Shown here: positions 47,311 to 50,130 of the stretch, piece by piece
Layout of the letters: each line of letters opens with the position of its first letter
Numbering within the stretch: position 1 is the first letter of the stretch
IMG/VR virus record: IMGVR_UViG_3300038701_001690
Coordinates: 1 to 50,130 of that record
Reading direction: 5' to 3' (one strand)
Length of the DNA stretch: 50,130 bases
Source of the DNA: a virus
Position numbers and translations under genes: made by a program
Notes under the pieces: model-generated
Told to the model about the DNA's origin: nothing
Seen by the model: the letters and a program-made list of their open reading frames with translations, nothing else
Databases searched by the model: none

Positions 47311-48870
47311 CTAGCTTGCAATTTCGTTGACGTTGAATCTAATATTCAGCGGGGCGATGATTGTTCTTACCTGAGTAACCAAAGGAAGAATTGAAGTTAT
47401 TTGAATCTCACCTGCTTTGACATCAAAAACCACCGTAAGCTGTGATTTATAAATGTCAGCAATAGATCTTCCATCTTCGAGAATACCACCCTGTAAAAGA
47501 ACATAACCAGCACCGGCTAGAGTTGAGTAATAGCCTGTCATGTCAGCTCTAACACCGCCAATTGTAGCAAAGTCATAACCGCCAACACCTTGACCTAAAG
47601 TTAAACGTCTTTGAGCGTAGTCAATCTTCAGTGACTTCCAAATAAACTCTCTTGAAGCTGTAGCTGTATCAACATAGTTAAGATACTTATAAGTAAGATC
47701 TTCAAAGCCTTGGTTGTTGGTTTTGTATGTTGTTAACACTTCACCAATAAGAAGAGTATTGTCTGCTAGATTATTACCCATGACAGAAACACCGGAATCT
47801 TTCAAATCATCAACTTCTGAACTTGTAAAACCTTCACCACTTGGAACAGTCGCAAGAAGCGTTGCTGTATTAGCGTAAGGTAAAGAAGAAGTATGAACAC
47901 CGCCTATATTATCAAGCGGAGCAGTAGTAGTCATGTAATCGGCAATTGAAACATTATCTTCAAGCCTAAGAGCTCTTATTCCAGCAAAGTGTGCTGATCT
48001 TTCAAAGTCATTTGCAAGAATTGCTGAACCTTTCTTAGTAGAAGAGTCAACCGGCTTGTCGCCAAAGATAACAAATGATTGAGAGTTTTCAGCATCGCCA
48101 AGAGTTACAAGATTCGCTTTCGTATCAGTAACGCCAATAATTAAACGACCATCCATAACTGTATTGTCAAGATTGAATCTTGAATCAAGCTCTGTAAGTA
48201 TTGCGGAATACTCAAGTTCCGAAGGAATAACAACATCAGTTCTATCAACAAGTAAAGCTTCAAGGCCAGTTGTTGCCGGATCGGTAGCACCGCCAGACAT
48301 TGCAGTAAGAGCAACCGCAACACCAGCTACTTCACCAGAAACTAAAATTGTGTATTTGTTCGCAACAGTTCCACCATTGACAGCCGTTAGAGTCACAGTG
48401 CCGGTAGTATTTGAAGCGGTTACAAGTGATTTTGTATCGGCAGTTATCAGAGCTTCTAGTTTATCTCCAATAGTTGTTGCCGTGTCAGTCGTGATAACAT
48501 CAACAGTATATTTTCTGTCTTCGTTACCAACATAAAATATTAATGAACCCGTTTCAGTAGGAGTTCCAGAAAAAGCAACAGATCCTGTGGCATCAACAGC
48601 AGAACCATTGTCATCAAGAGGAATAACATCAAGTCTTGAAGTTTGGTTTGTTTCCCTGAATGCGTTGATCATTGCAGTTACTTGAGAGTTAGCGCCAAAT
48701 AGCGCATCTTGTGTGTTTAAATCGATATCGACCAAACGAACACCAGAAGTAGCAGAACCGGCACTTGTCATTTGTCCAATGATAGTTGTAGTCTTTGGAT
48801 CAACTGAGACAGTCGGAGTCTCTGGTACTAGTGGTGTACTTACGTATGGAAAATTAACGGACTGTGCCAT
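47311..48870 (-). CDS. Tail sheath protein
   Basis: 519 aa upstream of the tube gene. Size and order are typical of Mu/P2-type contractile tails. Confidence 0.8.
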   Translation of the reverse strand: MAQSVNFPYVSTPLVPETPTVSVDPKTTTIIGQMTSAGSATSGVRLVDIDLNTQDALFGANSQVTAMINAFRETNQTSRLDVIPLDDNGSAVDATGSVAFSGTPTETGSLIFYVGNEDRKYTVDVITTDTATTIGDKLEALITADTKSLVTASNTTGTVTLTAVNGGTVANKYTILVSGEVAGVAVALTAMSGGATDPATTGLEALLVDRTDVVIPSELEYSAILTELDSRFNLDNTVMDGRLIIGVTDTKANLVTLGDAENSQSFVIFGDKPVDSSTKKGSAILANDFERSAHFAGIRALRLEDNVSIADYMTTTAPLDNIGGVHTSSLPYANTATLLATVPSGEGFTSSEVDDLKDSGVSVMGNNLADNTLLIGEVLTTYKTNNQGFEDLTYKYLNYVDTATASREFIWKSLKIDYAQRRLTLGQGVGGYDFATIGGVRADMTGYYSTLAGAGYVLLQGGILEDGRSIADIYKSQLTVVFDVKAGEIQITSILPLVTQVRTIIAPLNIRFNVNEIAS

Positions 48871-48940
48871 TGCTTACTTCCTGTTTTAAAAATAAAGTTT
48901 TACCAAGTTCAATTTAGATTCAATTAAAAGTTTCTTCAAA

Positions 48941-50029
48941 TTATACATCTGTGTAATCAATTTCATCCTGAGCAATAATTCTTCCGGTGTCTTCGTGAAT
49001 GTAATCTGAGTTTATTTTTCTGACTGCATAACTATCAGCAATATAAGTGTCGCAACTCGTTATATTAACATTACAAGCGAAGTCATAACGGTGAATATAA
49101 TAAGAGGCGTTATAAGTTTCTATACCGTCAGCTATGTAATACATCATATTCATTTTTGACGTTAAAGAAGAATCGGGAATATAGCCAACCAGTAAAGATA
49201 AGATTGCATTTCTTAGATCGTTTCTTGCTATGTCCTGACCTTGAACGGCAGAAACTTTATCCTGCACTGGGAATATTGCGAATATGCTTATATTTTCCTG
49301 AGTGTGAATAATCCTTGAATCACCTTCTTGGAAAGTTCTTTCAAAATCGGTGTCATTATTTCTATCTCTTGAAGATGCAGTTGCACCTGCAATAACAAAA
49401 AGCCAAAGCTTCTCAACTGGTTGAGCTGTATAAGAGTCTAAAATTCTTGACAAATCAACATCAGAAGAAACACAAACATCATTTACATTTATATAAGAAG
49501 GCGTTCCAATCAAAGATCCATCAGGAGCGTTAACTGTTGATACTTCAAAATCTCCGGCATTAACAGCGGTAACAGTAAACCTTGAGTTATATCTTGGAAG
49601 GTCAAGTTCATTTACTACCGGCGATCCTGTAGGCTCTCCAGTAATAGAATTTGAGCATTCAATTTCTACCTGATATCTCGAAGGTACTGAAATAATAATA
49701 AAGGTGTCGTTCCACTCTGCCTCAGTTGCTCCGGTGATTGTAACGGTGGTATTAAACCCTTCTGTAAATTCGTGAACTTCATCAACCTCTATAATTGCAC
49801 TTTGAGAAGTAGCGGAAAGATTCACAGTAACAGAGTTTATAGAATTTTGATAAGTTAATCCAGTAATAATAACATCGTCATTAACGGATGGAAGATCTTC
49901 TGCGCTGACTACGGTCATAACATTTGAAGAAACGCTTGCGCTTGTTCCAGCTTTGAAGTCTCCTGAAAATGAAGGATATGCAACCGGTAAATTTTCTCTG
50001 AGGTGTTGTTCTATATCTGGGATTCTCAT
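48941..50029 (-). CDS. Virion structural protein, first gene of the tail module (tail completion/terminator-like C-terminus?)
   Basis: 362 aa. aa 75-135 carry the same repeat module as the J-like protein. Function is uncertain. Confidence 0.4.
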   Translation of the reverse strand: MRIPDIEQHLRENLPVAYPSFSGDFKAGTSASVSSNVMTVVSAEDLPSVNDDVIITGLTYQNSINSVTVNLSATSQSAIIEVDEVHEFTEGFNTTVTITGATEAEWNDTFIIISVPSRYQVEIECSNSITGEPTGSPVVNELDLPRYNSRFTVTAVNAGDFEVSTVNAPDGSLIGTPSYINVNDVCVSSDVDLSRILDSYTAQPVEKLWLFVIAGATASSRDRNNDTDFERTFQEGDSRIIHTQENISIFAIFPVQDKVSAVQGQDIARNDLRNAILSLLVGYIPDSSLTSKMNMMYYIADGIETYNASYYIHRYDFACNVNITSCDTYIADSYAVRKINSDYIHEDTGRIIAQDEIDYTDV

Positions 50030-50130
50030 AAAACTCTCTTTATTTATCTAAATTTACTTTTTTATTTATTTTGTTCAAATTGCAGAAAAGTTTAAAAAGC
50101 TTCTTGATTTATATTAAATTGTAATATACA
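50004..50130. repeat. Direct terminal repeat, right copy (identical to 1-127)
   Basis: Exact identity read by eye. Confidence 0.95.
50051..50082 (-). promoter_or_regulatory. Candidate late-class promoter for the tail module (also present as 48-79)
   Basis: Minus strand reads CAATTTGAAC, 16 nt, TAAATT. -35 at 50073-50078, -10 at 50051-50056. Same -10 and flanks as 13296-13330. Confidence 0.45.

Noticed and set aside
46951-48535. Plus-strand ORFs 46951-47394 and 48164-48535, and minus-strand alternative-frame ORF 48141-48323, inside the tube and sheath genes
   Set aside because: They are embedded in long structural CDSs with coherent context. They have no start signals and hydrophobic or low-complexity translations.
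41425-48870. Mu-like transposable phage, suggested by the Mu-type tail and baseplate gene order
   Set aside because: No MuA/MuB-type transposase or Mu-type ends are present. The head module is TerS/TerL/HK97-type, and the contig closes as a circle without host flanks.

Overview
The window is a complete genome of an AT-rich tailed dsDNA phage with a contractile tail. Bases 1-127 are identical to 50004-50130, so the contig closes into a circle of 50,003 unique bp. All calls come from reading the sequence and the ORF track and recalling family motifs; no searches were run. No tRNA, rRNA, CRISPR array, integrase, transposase, reverse transcriptase, DNA polymerase or recognisable endolysin was seen.

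Late genes are all on the minus strand and tightly packed, with many ATGA/TAATG overlaps:
- Packaging and head: ParB-methyltransferase, TerS, TerL (interrupted by an intein), portal, MuF/SPP1-gp7-like protein, HK97-type prohead protease, HK97-fold major capsid protein, neck proteins.
- Tail, across the circle junction: structural protein, sheath, tube, chaperone, tape measure.
- Mu-type baseplate (gp43/44/45/46/47/48 analogues), followed by a long tail-fibre region.

Other modules:
- Minus-strand early/middle genes at 13.3-24.0 kb include MazG, a replisome organiser with internal iterons, DnaB, YopX, HTH proteins and many small zinc-ribbon or membrane proteins.
- Plus-strand cassettes carry a recombination module (24.1-27.3 kb) and a Cro-like HTH plus Bro-N protein (28.4-29.7 kb).
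- Two small-gene islands (0.1-2.3 kb and 39.0-41.4 kb) run antisense inside the late structural operons.

Most notable observations:
- An oriented GCAGTTC box sits in front of essentially every early cassette on both strands.
- TerL carries an intein with class-3 hallmarks and a LAGLIDADG endonuclease, inserted in the P-loop.
- An inverted two-gene cassette encodes a membrane coiled-coil protein and a stand-alone CheY-like receiver domain. It is divergent from the Cro-like gene, and the two candidate promoters have overlapping -10 elements.
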